Shown: positions 23,591 through 36,366 of the stretch, piece by piece
Numbering within the stretch: the stretch's first letter is position 1
How the letters are laid out: every line of letters begins with the position of its first letter
DNA from: Octopus sinensis
Lineage: Eukaryota
Direction: 5' to 3'
Assembly: GCF_006345805.1 (NCBI RefSeq)
Contig: NC_043026.1
Span: forward strand, 10,044,001-10,108,000
Length of the DNA: 64,000 nt
Program-made: the position numbers and the translations under genes
Notes under the pieces: generated by a model
What the model saw: only the letters and a program-made list of their open reading frames with translations
Databases searched by the model: none
What the model was told of the DNA's origin: nothing

Positions 23591-24243
23591 TCATGAGTGA
23601 TATGGATTCTCCTTTGTATGAAGATGTTTCTGTGAAGGCCAGGAACTACGGTCAGAAAATGATTTTCTACACATACCACAGTGATATGCTGTCTCTCCTA
23701 TATGAATACATTTGTGTTTAGTTAAGTTGTTATTACGAGAGAAGGATTTACCACAGATATCACAATGATAAGGTTTGTCTCCTACGTGAATATGTTTATG
23801 TATAGTTACATTATGAGTATGAGAGAATGATTTACCACAGATATCACAGCGATAAGGCTTCTCTCCTGTATGAATATGCCTGTGAGTAGTTAAGTTATAA
23901 CTCTGAGAAAATGATGAACCACAGATATCACAACAGTATGGTTTCTTTCCTGTATGAATACGTTTGTGTATAGTTAAATCATGATTACGAGAGAATGATT
24001 TACCACAGATCTCACAGTGATATGGTGTCTCTCCTGTATGAATACGGTTGTGTCTATTTAACAAACTACTTACAGAGAATGATTTGCCACAAATATCACA
24101 ATGATATGGTTTCTCTCTTGTATTAATACGTTTCTGTGCCGTTATGCCACTACTCTGAGAGAATGATTTACCACAGACATCACAGTGATATGGCTTTTTC
24201 TTTTTATGAAGACCTTCATGTGAAGTCAAGGCACTTTGCTCAG
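23591..24243 (-). pseudogene. 5'-truncated C2H2 ZF fragment (~7 fingers, 2 degenerate; ...KENPYHS tail)
   Basis: Starts mid-finger 2 and is fused at ~24243 to the 3' flank of ZF-4; no leader, acceptor or N-terminus. Confidence 0.8.
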
Positions 24244-24675
24244 TAGAAACATACTGTACTGTATATATTTTTTATTATTATTTTTATAATTTGTATATAT
24301 TTATTTTATTATAAATGCAACACAACACCCCAGAGGAATTGACATAAGCTTAAATAATAAACCGCCATAGGTGAACCCCGATATGGCAAGGGATTACAAT
24401 ATTTCTAGTCATGAAAAAGCCATAAAGTAAGTTATTGTATAACATATTTATCGAGTGAAGCATTTAAAAGATAAACAATGAACAAAATGTGAGGATGCGT
24501 AATTCAATAAAGAATCATGTGAAGGGTTGACAGGAGGAGGAAGAGTTTTGGTACAGAGTTCCTTACACCATGGAATAAAATGTGAAAATTACAAAAACAA
24601 AAAAAAATCTAAAAGTTTTGGAAACTTCCATTGTATAAATCAGAGGAATATTATAAATATATAGTAAACTAGAAA

Positions 24676-26352
24676 CTACCCTTTTCCTTTCTTCCCTATA
24701 TGAATATATTTGTGCTTTGTTAAGCCACTGTTGCCAGAGAATGATTTACCACAAATATCACAGTGAAATGGCTTCTCTCCTGTATGAACATGTTTATGTG
24801 AAATTAAGGTACTATTTTGAGCGAATGATTTACCACAGATATCACAGTGAAATGGCTTCTCTCCTGTATGAATACGTTTATGCGCAGTTAAGATACGATT
24901 CTCAGAGAATGATTCACCACAGATATTACAATGATACGGTTTCTCTCCTGTATGAATACGTTTATGTCTAGTTAAGGTACTATTTTGAGAGAATGATTTA
25001 CCACAGATATCACAGTGATATGGTTTTTCTCCTGTATGAATATATCTGTGATTTGCTAAGCCACCTTTGTGAGAGAATGATTTACCACAGATATCACAGA
25101 GATAACGTTTCCCTGCTGTATGAATATGCTTATGTATAGTTAAGGCATGACTTTCAGAGAATGATTTACCACAGATATCACAATTATATGGTTTCTCTCC
25201 CGTGTGAATACGTATGTGTGTAGATAAGTGAATACTTTGAGAGAATGATTTACCACAAATCTCACAGTGATAAGGTTTGTCTCCTGTGTGAATATGTTTA
25301 TGTATAGTTACATCCTGATTACGAGGGAATGATTTACCACAGATATCACAGTGATACGGCTTCTCTCCTGTATGAATACGCCTGTGAGTAGTTAAGTGAT
25401 AACTCTGAGAAAATGATGAACCACAGATATCACAACGATATGGTTTCTCTCCTGTATGAATTCGTTTGTGTTGCACTAAGTCACTATTTGAAGAGAATGA
25501 TTTACCACAAATATCACAATGATACGGTTTCTCTCCTGTATGTGTACGTTTGTGTGGAGTTATGGCACTACGCTGAGAGAATGATTTACCACAGATATCA
25601 CAGTGATATGGCTTTTCTCCTGTATGAAAACGTTTGTGCGAAACAAAGGCACTTTGGTCAGAGAATGATTTACCACAGATCTCACAGTGATATGGTTTCT
25701 CTCCTGTATGAATACGCTTGTGTCTAGTTAACACACTACTTACAGAGAATGATTTGCCACAAATATCACAATGATATGGTTTTTCATCTGTATGAAAACG
25801 TTTGTGTATAGTCAATTGATGATTACTAGAGAACGATTTACCACAGATATCACAACGATATGGCTTCTCACCTGTATGAATACGTATGTGTGTAGTTAAG
25901 CAATAACTCCGAGAGAATGATGAACCACAGATGTTACAATGAAATGGTTTCTCTCCTGTATGAATACGTTTGTGTCTCATCAAGTCATTACTTACAGAGA
26001 ATGATTTACCACAAATATCACAACGATATGGTTTCTCTCCTGTATGAATACGCTTGTGTGCAGATAAATTACAACTTTGAGAAAATGATTTACCACAGAC
26101 ATCACAGTGATAAGGCTTTTTGTTTGTATGAAGACCTTCATGTGAAGTCAAGGCACTTTGGTCAGAGAATGATTTACCACAGATCTCACACTGATATGGT
26201 TTTTCCCCTGTATGAATACGTCTGTGGGAAATTAGGTTACGTTTAAGGGAGAAGACCTTTTTACAAATGTCACAGTCATACAACAATTTTCTCATCTCTT
26301 TTATGTGCTCAGGTGAAATCAGTTCTTCAACTTTTTCACTCTTTTCCATCAT
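24676..26352 (-). CDS. C2H2 zinc-finger protein ZF-4 (19 fingers; ...HIGKKGKG)
   Basis: Intact ORF; first ATG at 26352. Confidence 0.9.
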   Translation of the reverse strand: MMEKSEKVEELISPEHIKEMRKLLYDCDICKKVFSLKRNLISHRRIHTGEKPYQCEICGKSFSDQSALTSHEGLHTNKKPYHCDVCGKSFSQSCNLSAHKRIHTGEKPYRCDICGKSFSVSNDLMRHKRIHTGEKPFHCNICGSSFSRSYCLTTHIRIHTGEKPYRCDICGKSFSSNHQLTIHKRFHTDEKPYHCDICGKSFSVSSVLTRHKRIHTGEKPYHCEICGKSFSDQSAFVSHKRFHTGEKPYHCDICGKSFSQRSAITPHKRTHTGEKPYHCDICGKSFSSNSDLVQHKRIHTGEKPYRCDICGSSFSQSYHLTTHRRIHTGEKPYHCDICGKSFPRNQDVTIHKHIHTGDKPYHCEICGKSFSQSIHLSTHIRIHTGEKPYNCDICGKSFSESHALTIHKHIHTAGKRYLCDICGKSFSHKGGLANHRYIHTGEKPYHCDICGKSFSQNSTLTRHKRIHTGEKPYHCNICGESFSENRILTAHKRIHTGEKPFHCDICGKSFAQNSTLISHKHVHTGEKPFHCDICGKSFSGNSGLTKHKYIHIGKKGKG

Positions 26353-27184
26353 TTTCCCCTGCAAATCACAACGTATAAATTTTTCTTCCTTTTTATTCCT
26401 TACATAAACTTCTACTTTTCTATCTGTGCTCAGTGTTACTTTTGTCTAGCAACACTTAGATACACTTATCCAAGTTTAATCAGCATACAAGCTCCTCTTC
26501 TTGACACTCCAGTCAGTGATGTCCAGAAATTTGGTTAATGATACCAGCTCAGAGTAAATGTTTTACAGGGCCTCTATCTCAGAATTGTAGAAACAATCTG
26601 ATACATCTATTTTGTATAATATTTTCCTTTAGTCCTTAAAACGTGGTAGGTATTGAGGATGTTTCTTCTGTTATGCCAGTGTCATCTGATGTTCTGAAAT
26701 GATATAGAAAGAGCAGTGTAAGATGTAGAGGCGACAGATTCAGCTGGTATTTAACATAGGGGAGCAGATACATGAACAATGGCAGGAAGTAAAGGAGAGA
26801 AAACCTGATGAGTACTCTATTAATATGCTCAAGAAGAAACTAGGAGCTTGGTTAACAAGATAGATGTTGAGGTGTTATCAATGCATAGAACAGGCATGAC
26901 AATGAGACAGATCACAGATCTCACAGATATAGCAAGAGACGGACTGAACTTCAACAGGAAACGTGAATGGAACAATAACACCCAGCACACTATGCAACAC
27001 GATAACTAAAGAGAATGGGAGAGAGAAAAAGTTAAAAAAGACACAGATACCAACAGTGTAATACATAAACCCTTCTACCGACACACAAAACATATTAGAA
27101 AATATTTCTCAAAATTAAACACAACAAAAGGTTAATGTTACAAACTAACATGGCAACAAGGGAGTCTGTAGAAGGTTTCGTCCG

Positions 27185-28357
27185 TAGCTAGAAATAGCAG
27201 CCAAATCTCGAACGAATCAGTGACAACTCTCTTTCATAGCTAGAAATAGCAGACAAATCTCGAACAAATCAGTGATAACTCTCTTTCATACCTAGAAATA
27301 GCAGCCAAATCTCGAACAATTTAGTGATAACTCTCTTCGATAGCTAGAAATAACAGCTAAATCTCGAACAAATCAGTGATAACTCTCTTCCATACCTAGA
27401 AATAGCAGCCAAATCTCGAACAAATCAGTGATAACTCTCTTCCATACCTAGAAATAGCAGCCAAATCTCGAATAAATCACTGATAACTCTCTTCCATACC
27501 TAGAAATAGCAGCCAAATCTCGAACAAATCAGTGATAACTCTCTTTCATAGCTAGAAATAGCAGCCAAATCTCGAATAAATCAGTGATAACTCTCTTCCA
27601 TACCTAGAAATAGCAACCAAATCTCGAACAAATCAGTGATAACTCTCTTTCATAGCTAGAAATAGCAGCCAAATCTCGAACAAATCAGTGATAACTCTCT
27701 TTCATACCTAGAAATAGCAGCCAAATCACGAACAAATCAGTGATAACTCTCTTCCATACCTAGAAATAGCAGACAAATCTCGAACAAATCAGTGATAACT
27801 CTCTTCCATACCTAGAAATAGCAGCCAAATCTCGAACAAATCAGTGATAACTCTCTTTCATAGCTAGAAATAGCAGCCAAATCTCGAACAAATCAGTGAT
27901 AACTCTCTTCCATACCTAGAAATAGCAGCCAAATCTCGAACAAATCAGTGATAACTCTCTTTCATACCTAGAAATAGCAGCCAAATCTCGAATAAATCAG
28001 TGATAACTCTCTTCCATACCTAGAAATAGCAGCCAAATCTCGAACAAATCAGTGATAACTCTCTTTTATACCTAGAAATAGCAGCCAAATCTCGAACAAA
28101 TCAGTAACAGCTTTCTTTCATAGCTAGAAATAGCAGCCAAATCTCGAACAAATCAGTGACTACTCACTTTCATAGCTAGAAATAGCAGCCAAATCTCGAA
28201 CAAATCAGTGACTACTCTCTTTCATAGCTAGAAATAGCAGCCAAATCTCGAACAAATCAGTGACTACTCTCCTTCATAGCTAGAAATAGCAGCCAAATCT
28301 CGAACAAATCAGTGACAGCTTTCTTTCATAGCTAGAAATAGCAGCCAAATCTCGAAC
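27185..28357. repeat. 52-bp minisatellite, 22 full units plus a partial (upstream of ZF-4)
   Basis: First unit at 27185 and last at 28329 (1144 bp = 22 x 52). Confidence 0.95.
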
Positions 28358-28585
28358 CTGGAAGCGAAACAAATAATCGTCAGGCGAAAAACCAAAAGTC
28401 TACAGACTTAAAAACATTGAATAATTTCATTAATACTTACGGAAATGTTTAACAAAGGATAGTGTTATGTATGTGTGTTTCTGGTAGTTCAGGAATGCAT
28501 TATAAGACCGTATAATAAGCATTATCAGCTGATTTAAAAGAAATTCATGGATCAAGACATTTAATGAGATACCAAAATGCATTCA

Positions 28586-28597
28586 ACGCGCATGCGT
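28586..28597. promoter_or_regulatory. NRF1-like ACGCGCATGCGT upstream of ZF-4
   Basis: Paralogous to 8946. Confidence 0.45.
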
Positions 28598-28831
28598 ACT
28601 TTTTCTCTCGACTATTTTCCCTTGTTTATCTCCCTTTATGCAGCTGATGTACTTTTCTCTCTGGTCGAGTCATACCGCCTTCTTATCTAACACACCCGTT
28701 CCATTACAACTCATTTAGGAGCTTTTCGGTTTGACCGGCACTTTTTTTAATATAATTTCCACGTAACCAAACACTTTTTACCTTCGTATACTGGTAGAAT
28801 TTGTTTATAAAACATCTTTTTCTCTTGGCTT

Positions 28832-29206
28832 TATAGAGAAAATTCTATAGTTTCTAAGATATTTGTATTGTTTTCTCTCAATTTCTGTAATTTCAACCAA
28901 TTAATGACGTCCATTGAAGTAAAAACTTTCTGTCTCGTATGAATATGTCCCTCGTTTAAGAAACAGATTGGGCTTATTTACCTTTGTGAAGAAAAAAAGA
29001 TACCCTTCCCTCCACCCCTAACTAAATGTAACCCTAAAACAGATTGAAATGCAATAGATCGATACTAGGGTCATAATTATGGGTGACAATTTCATATGGC
29101 ACGTCTAGAAAAAACTGCCGTTGAAACCGAAAAGATCTGGTTGAAATTGCAGAAATTTAAGAAAAAAAACAACAAATATAATACAAACTAAAGAATTTTC
29201 TCAATA
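28832..29206. mobile_element. MITE-like element (duplicate of 9191-9564)
   Basis: Near-identical sequence and flanks. Confidence 0.55.
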
Positions 29207-29375
29207 CAGCCAGACCATTAGTTCTTATGAATACCGTCATCAGCTGGCTAATTTCAACCAAAGATTCAAAGAATTGAGGGTCAACATTCCCAACAGGAAA
29301 GTGGGTAGTGTTCCAACAAGAACATGCCAGACCAAATGTTTCTTTGACTGGTTTTGAAAAACAGGTATCTTATCT

Positions 29376-29767
29376 AGGTGTAGGAGTGGCTGTGTGGTGA
29401 GTAGCTTGCTTACTAACCACATCGTTCCGGGTTCAGTGCCACTGCATGGCATCTTGGGCAAGTGTCTTCTACTATAGCGTCGGGTTGACCAAAGCCTTGT
29501 GAGTGGATTTGGTAGACGGAAACTGAAAGAAGCCCGTCGTATATATGTATATATATATCTCTGTGTTTGTGTACGTTTGTGTGTCTGTGTCTGTCCCCCT
29601 AGCATTGCTTGACAACAGATGCTGGTGTGTTTACGTCCCCGTCACTTAGCACTTCTGCAAAAGAGACCGATAGGATAAGTACAAGGCTTACAAAGAATAA
29701 GTTCTGGGGTCAATTTGCTTGACTAAAGGCAGTGCTCCAGTATGGCCGCAGTCAAATGATTGAAACA
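29376..29767 (+). mobile_element. tRNA-derived SINE, main family (segmental duplicate of 9735)
   Basis: Same flanks as the 9735 copy. Confidence 0.85.
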
Positions 29768-30398
29768 GATGCATTTTGACTCCATCTAAATCATTCAATG
29801 TTTTTCTTTGCAATGAGTTCTGTAGAGACAAGAACAAGTGGTAATCAGATGGCACAATATGGTCTCTCGTTTTGTACTTAGGTTATTGTTTGACTACATA
29901 CAGTAATCCATCGACTATCGCAGGTGTTACATCCCAAAACCCCATGATGAGTGAAAATATGCAAAGTAGAAACATACTGTACTGTATATTTTTTTTATTA
30001 TTATTTTTATAATTTGTATATATTTATTTTATTATAAATGCAACACAACACCCCAGAGGAATTGACATAAGCTTAAATAATGAACCGCCATAGGTGAACC
30101 CCGATATGGCAAGGGATTACAATAGTTCTAGTCACGAAAAAGCCATAAAGTAAGTTATTGTATAACATATTTATTGAGTGAAGCATTTAAAAGATAAACA
30201 ATGAACAGAATGTGAGGATGCGTAATTCAATAAAGAATCATGTGAAGGGTTGACAGGAGGGGGAAGAGTTTTGGTACAGAGTTCCTTACACCATGGAAAA
30301 AAATGTGAAAATTACAAAAACAAAAAAACATCTAAAAGTTTTGGAAACTTCCATTGTATAAATCAGAGGAATATTATAAATATATAGTAAACTAGAAA

Positions 30399-30581
30399 CT
30401 ACCCTTTTCCTTTCTTCCCTATATGAATATATTTGTGCTTTGTTAAGCCTTTTTTGCCAGAGAATGATTTACCACGAATATCACAGTGAAATGGCTTCTC
30501 TCCTGTATGAATACGTTTATGCGCAGTTAAGATACGATTATCAGAGAATGATTCACCACAGATATTACAATGATACAGTTT
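30399..30581 (-). pseudogene. Two fingers plus the ...HIGKKGKG tail downstream of the premature stop of ZF-5
   Basis: In frame (60 codons to the native TAG at 30399-30401); last finger has C->R (CDIRG). Confidence 0.8.
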
Positions 30582-33251
30582 CTATTCTGTATGAATACGT
30601 TTATGTTTAGTTAAGGTACTATTTTGAGAGAATGATTTACCACAGATATCACAATGATATGGTTTTTCTCCAGTATGAATATATCTGTGATTTGCTAAGC
30701 CACCTTTGTGAGAGAATGATTTACCACAGATATCACAGAGATAATGTTTCCTTGGTCTATGAATATGCTTATGTATAGTTAAGGCATGACTTTCAGAGAA
30801 TGATTTGCCACAGATATCACAGTGATATCGTGTCTCTCCTGTATGAATACGCTTGTGTCTACTTAACAATCTACTTTCAGAGAATGATTTACCACAGTTC
30901 TCACAGTGATACGGTTTCTCTCCTGTATGAATACGTTTGTGCGTAGTTAAAGCATTATTACGAGAGAATGATTTACCACAGATATCACAGTGATATGGTT
31001 TCTCTCCTGTATGAATATGCCTGTGATTAGTTAAGTGATAACTCTGAGAAAATGATAAACCACAGATATCACAACGATATGGTTTCTCTCCTGTATGAAT
31101 TCGTTTGTGTTGCACTAACTCACTATTTGAAGAGAATGATTTACCACAAATATCACAATGATATGGTTTCTCTCCTGTATGAATACGTTTGTGCGTAGTT
31201 AAATGATAGTTGTGAGAGAATGATTTGCCACAGATATCACAGTGATATGGCTTTTCTCTTGTATGAATACGCTTGTGTCTAGTTAACACACTACTTACAG
31301 AGAATGATTTACCGCAGACATCACAGTGATATGGCTTTTCTCCTGTATGAAAACGTTTGTGCGAAACAAAGGCACTTTGGTCAGAGAATGATTTACCACA
31401 GATCTCACAGTGATATGGTTTCTCTCCTGTATGAATACGCTTGTGTCTAGTTAACACACTACTTACAGAGAATGATTTGTCACAGATATCACAATGATAT
31501 GGTTTTTCATCTGTATGAAAACGTTTGTGTATAGTTAATTGATGATTACTAGAGAACGATTTACCACAGATATCACAACGATATGGCTTCTCACCTGTAT
31601 GAGTACGTAAGTGTGTAGTTAAGCAATAACTCCGAGAGAATGATGAACCACAGATGTTACAATGATATGGTTTCTCTCCTGTATGAATACGTTTGTGTCT
31701 CATCAAGTTATTACTTGCAGAGAAAGATGAACCACAAATATCACAATGATATGGTTTCTCCCCTGTATGAATACACTTGTGTGCAGATAAATTACAACTT
31801 TGAGAAAATGATTTACCACAGACATCACAGTGATATGGCTTTTCTCCTGTATGAAGACGTTTGTGTACAATTAAGGCACTTTGGTCAGAGAATGATTTAG
31901 CACAGATCTCACATTGATATGGTGTCTCTCCTGTATGAATACGCTTGTGTCTAGTTAACAACCTACTTACAGAGAATGATTTACCACAGATATCACAACG
32001 ATATGGCTTCTCACCTGTATGAATACGTATATGTGTAGTTAAGCAATAACTCCGAGAGAATGATGAACCACAGATGTTACAATGATATGGTTTCTCTCCT
32101 GTATGAATACGCTTGTGTGCAGATAAATCACAACTTTGAGAAAATGATTTACCACAGACATCACAGTGATATGGCTTTTCTCCTGTATGAATACGCTTGT
32201 GTCTAGTTAACACACAACTTGCAGAGAATGATTTGCCACAGACATCACAGTGATATGGCTTTTTCTTTGTGTGAAGACCTTCATGTGAAGTCAAGGCACT
32301 TTGGTCAGAGAATGATTTACCACAGATCTCACACTGATATGGTTTTTCCCCTGTATGAATACGTTTATGTATAGTTAAGGTACTATTTTGAGAGAATGAT
32401 TTACCACAGATATCACAACGATATGGCTTCTCTCCTGTATGAATATGCCTGTGATTATTTAAGGTAGAACTCTGAGAAAATGAGGAACCACAGATATCAC
32501 AACGATATGGTTTCTGTCCTGTATGAATTCGTTTGTGTTGCACTAACTCAGTATTTGAAGAGAATGATTTGCCACAAATATCACAATGATACGGTTTCTC
32601 TCCTGTATGTGTACGTTTGTGTCGAGTTATGGCACTAAGCTGAGAGAATGATTTATCACAGACATCACAGTGATATGGCTTTTCTCCTGTATGAATTCGT
32701 TTGTGTCTCACTAAGACAGTATTAAAAGAGAATGATTTACCACAGATCTCACAGTGATATGGTTTCTCTCCTGTATGAATACGCTTGTGTCTAGTTAACA
32801 CACTACTTGCAGAGAAAGATGAACCACAAATATCACAATGATATGGTTTCTCTCCTGTATGAATACGCTTGTGTGAAAACAGGGCACTCCTATCAGAGAA
32901 TGATTCACCACAGTTCTCACAGTGATATGGTTTCTCTCCTGTATGAATATGTTTGTGTGCAGATAAATTACAACTTTGAGAAAATGATTTACCACAGACA
33001 TCACAGTGATAAGGCTTTTTCTTTGTATGAAGACCTTCATGTGAAGTCAAGGCACTTTGGTCAGAGAATGATTTACCACAGATCTCACAGTGATATGGTT
33101 TTTCCCCTGTATGAATACGTCTGTGGGAAATTAGGTTACATTTTAGGGAGAAGACCTTTTTACAAATGTCACAGTCATACGACAATTTTCTCATCTCTTT
33201 TATGTGTTCAGATGAAATCAGTTCTTCAATTTTTTCACTCTTTTCCATCAT
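30582..33251 (-). CDS. C2H2 zinc-finger protein ZF-5 (31 fingers), truncated by TAG in a linker
   Basis: Long open finger array; first ATG at 33251. Confidence 0.9.
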   Translation of the reverse strand: MMEKSEKIEELISSEHIKEMRKLSYDCDICKKVFSLKCNLISHRRIHTGEKPYHCEICGKSFSDQSALTSHEGLHTKKKPYHCDVCGKSFSQSCNLSAHKHIHTGEKPYHCENCGESFSDRSALFSHKRIHTGEKPYHCDICGSSFSASSVLTRHKRIHTGEKPYHCEICGKSFSFNTVLVRHKRIHTGEKPYHCDVCDKSFSQLSAITRHKRTHTGEKPYHCDICGKSFSSNTELVQHKRIHTGQKPYRCDICGSSFSQSSTLNNHRHIHTGEKPYRCDICGKSFSQNSTLTIHKRIHTGEKPYQCEICGKSFSDQSALTSHEGLHTKKKPYHCDVCGKSFSASCVLTRHKRIHTGEKPYHCDVCGKSFSQSCDLSAHKRIHTGEKPYHCNICGSSFSRSYCLTTHIRIHTGEKPYRCDICGKSFSVSRLLTRHKRIHTGETPYQCEICAKSFSDQSALIVHKRLHTGEKPYHCDVCGKSFSQSCNLSAHKCIHTGEKPYHCDICGSSFSASNNLMRHKRIHTGEKPYHCNICGSSFSRSYCLTTHLRTHTGEKPYRCDICGKSFSSNHQLTIHKRFHTDEKPYHCDICDKSFSVSSVLTRHKRIHTGEKPYHCEICGKSFSDQSAFVSHKRFHTGEKPYHCDVCGKSFSVSSVLTRHKRIHTREKPYHCDICGKSFSHNYHLTTHKRIHTGEKPYHCDICGKSFSSNSELVQHKRIHTGEKPYRCDICGLSFSQSYHLTNHRHIHTGEKPYHCDICGKSFSRNNALTTHKRIHTGEKPYHCENCGKSFSESRLLSRHKRIHTGETRYHCDICGKSFSESHALTIHKHIHRPRKHYLCDICGKSFSHKGGLANHRYIHTGEKPYHCDICGKSFSQNSTLTKHKRIHTE

Positions 33252-34331
33252 TTTCCCCTGCAAATCACAATGTATAAATTTTTCTTCCTTTTTATTCCTT
33301 ACATAAACTCCTACTTTTCTATTTGTGCTAAGTGTTACTTTTGTCTAGCAACACTTAGATACACTTATCCAAGTTTAATCAGCATACAAGCTCCTCTTCT
33401 TCATACTCCAGTCTGTGATGTCCAGAAATTTTTTTAATGATACCAGCTCAGAGGAAATGTTTTACAGGGCACCTATCTCAGAATTGTAGAAACAATCTGA
33501 TACATCTATTTTGTATAATTTTGTCCTTTAGTCCTTAAAACGTGGTAGGTATTGAGGATGTTTCTTCTGTTATGCCAGTGTCATCTGATGTTCTGAAATG
33601 ATATAGAAAGAGCAGTGTAAGATGTAGAGGCGACAGATTCAGCTGGTATTTAACATAGGGGAGCAGATACATGAACAATGGCAGGAAGTAAAGGAGAGAA
33701 AACCTTATCAGTACTCAATTAATATGCTCAATTAGAAAATAGGAGCTTGGTTAACAAGATAGATGTTGAGGTGTTATCAATGCATAGAACAGGCATGACA
33801 ATGAGACAGATCACAGATCTCACGGATATAGCAACAGGCTTTTTACACTATTTTTTCCCCCTTTTTTATGATCGGGTGTTAACATTGGGTTTTTGGATCC
33901 TGTGAGTTTGATCGTATGAATTTTCCGAGTCCTCTCCGCCCCACCATTCACCAGCGCACCTTATCCGAGTTGGACCCCAACCCTCCGTCACAAAAAAAAA
34001 AAACAAAAGTGTACTACGCATGAAATAATATGAAGAAAAAAATTGCGCCGACAAATGTGTTAGTGGCGAGAGGACTTGGAACATTCCCGATGTGAATTTT
34101 CCGAGTCGTCTCCTCACCCCTCCCGTTCGCCGGCGCGCATTTTTTTTTCATTTTCGTTTACTACGTTTTTACACCTATTAAACTAATTTTTTTTTCCATT
34201 TTTTTGCTCGAGTCAAACACTGAAGGTGAACCCTTTTTACTCCCTTTAATAAATTGCTCGTTTTATCGAAATGCACTCAAGTTACACGTATGTCCTCGGA
34301 TAGATTGTCGAGGATGAAGTCAGTCTGTGGT

Positions 34332-34470
34332 CGTCATCATCATCGTGTAACGTCCGTTCTCCATGCTAGCATGGGTTGGGAAGCCAGAAGGCTGCACCAG
34401 GCTCCGGTCTTACCTGGCAATGTTTCTACAGCTGGATACCCATCCTAACACCAATCACTCCGGGAGTGTA
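34332..34470 (-). mobile_element. RTE LINE 3'-end fragment (same insertion as 4178-4336)
   Basis: Same junctions, with an internal deletion. Confidence 0.8.
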
Positions 34471-34794
34471 GAGTTTGGAAACCACTGATCTACATAATCT
34501 GAAAAGTACTTTCAGAAATTTCTATCTAAAGTTATCCATTGTTAGTTATGAGAAAACAAATTGCTATCAGGGTGGGCGCACATCTCTAGTTATACCAAGA
34601 AACAAACGTTCGATAAAGGATTGGTTTCTGAACATTTCAGCGGTTGGAATGTATTAGAAAATATTTCTCAAAATAAAACACAACAGAGGGTTAATGTCAC
34701 AAACTAACATGGCAACAAGGGAATGTGCAGAAGGTATTGTCCATTGCTAGAAATAGCAGCCAAATCACGCACGTATCATAGAATCTCTCTTCCA

Positions 34795-35892
34795 TAGCTA
34801 GAAATAGCAGCCAAATCCGGCACAAATCAAGGACATCTCCCATTCATAAAACGTAAGAAAAGACACAAAGAATCGACGCGCCAAAGACCGAAAGTCTACA
34901 GAATTAAAAACAATGAAAAATTTCTTTGCTTAATACTTACGGAAATGCTTCATAAAGGATAGTGTTGTTATATACGTGTGTGTCTGGCAGTTGAGAAACA
35001 CATCATAAATACGTATTGTAAGTATTATAAATGTATAAAAATCAGCTGATTCAAAGAAATTGACACACTGGACATTTCACCAAACATCAAAACCAATTAG
35101 GAAGCACCTTCAACGCGCATGCGTATTTCCTCTCTCAACTATTCAAGACAACAAAGTCTCATTATCTCCCTTTACGTTTCAGTATAGTACAGATTGTATA
35201 TATATATCTACATAAATATACATGTATATATATATACATATATATATTTATATTAATATTTTCTCTGTCTTTCTTTTTCTGGATCTTTCCTTCTCCTTGT
35301 TTCCGACGAAGAGCTCCGCTCGAAACGCTAATCCCTCCTTCTTTCCTTCTTTCCTGAGCTTCCAATAATAATATATTTGTTCCACGTCCTCGCGTTGTTG
35401 TCTTTTTTTGTGCTTTCTTGTTTGGATTAACTTTAACTATATAACGTATATATATATGCATATATACATGTATATGTGTATATATATATACATTCTGTAA
35501 AATACTGAAACGTAAAGGGAGATAATGAGACTTTGTTGTCTTGAATAGTTGAGAGAGGAAATACGCATGCGTGTTGAAGGTGCTTCCTAATTGGTTTTGA
35601 TGTTTGGTGAAATGTCCAGTGTGTCAATTTCTTTGAATCAGCTGATTTTTATACCTTTATAATACTTACAATACGTATTTATGATGTGTTTCTCAACTGC
35701 CAGACACACACGTATATAACAACACTATCCTTTATGAAGCATTTCCGTAAGTATTAAGCAAAGAAAATTTTCATTGTTTTTAATTCTGTAGACTTTCGGT
35801 CTTTGGCGCGTCGATTCTTTGTGTCTTTTCTTACGTTTTATGAATGGGAGATGTCCTTGATTTGTGCCGGATTTGGCTGCTATTTCAAGCTA
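34795..35892. repeat. Inverted repeat of the ZF upstream block (arms ~34795-35185 and ~35502-35892), head-to-head ZF-5/ZF-6
   Basis: ~390-bp arms are near-exact reverse complements; NRF1-like motifs at 35113-35124 and 35563-35572. Confidence 0.85.
35261..35432 (+). mobile_element. Short Penelope-like/retrozyme-like repeat with a hammerhead-like core (35299-35333)
   Basis: gtttCCGACGAagagctccgctcGAAAC; related copies at 53041 and 62772. Confidence 0.5.
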
Positions 35893-36160
35893 TGAAAGAG
35901 AGCTATCACTGATTTGTGCGGGATTTGGCTGCTATTTCTAGCTATGATTGGGAGATGTCCTTGATTTGTGCGTTATTTGGCTGCTATTTCTAGCTATGAA
36001 TGGGAGATGTTCTTGATTTGTGCGGGATTTGGCTGCTATTTCTAGCTATGAATGGGAGATGTTCTTGATTTGTGCGGGATTTGACTGCTATTTCTAGCTA
36101 TGGAAGTGAGTTGTCCCTGATTTGTGCGGGATTTGGCTGCTATTTCTAGCTATGGATGCT
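35860..36160. repeat. 52-bp minisatellite, ~6 units, inverted (upstream of ZF-6)
   Basis: tttggctgctatttctagcta core. Confidence 0.85.
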
Positions 36161-36366
36161 GCCTTCTACACTCGACGTTAGTTTGAGAAATATTCAGTTA
36201 ATGTTTACAGTATTCCCCAGAAACGGGGGGAAAAATAGTGCAATGGGTGTAAAAAAAAATGTTTAGGAAATGAATATGGAAAGAAAAATGCGCAGAAAGT
36301 AACGGAGGTGGTGGACTTCGGAAAATTCACAAGATCCGAGATGTTTGGGTCCTACTGAAGAACAGT

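Noticed and set aside
27185-28357. CRISPR-like appearance of the 52-bp array and of the 45502-46937 array
   Set aside because: Units are contiguous with no unique spacers, there are no cas genes, and the context is eukaryotic.
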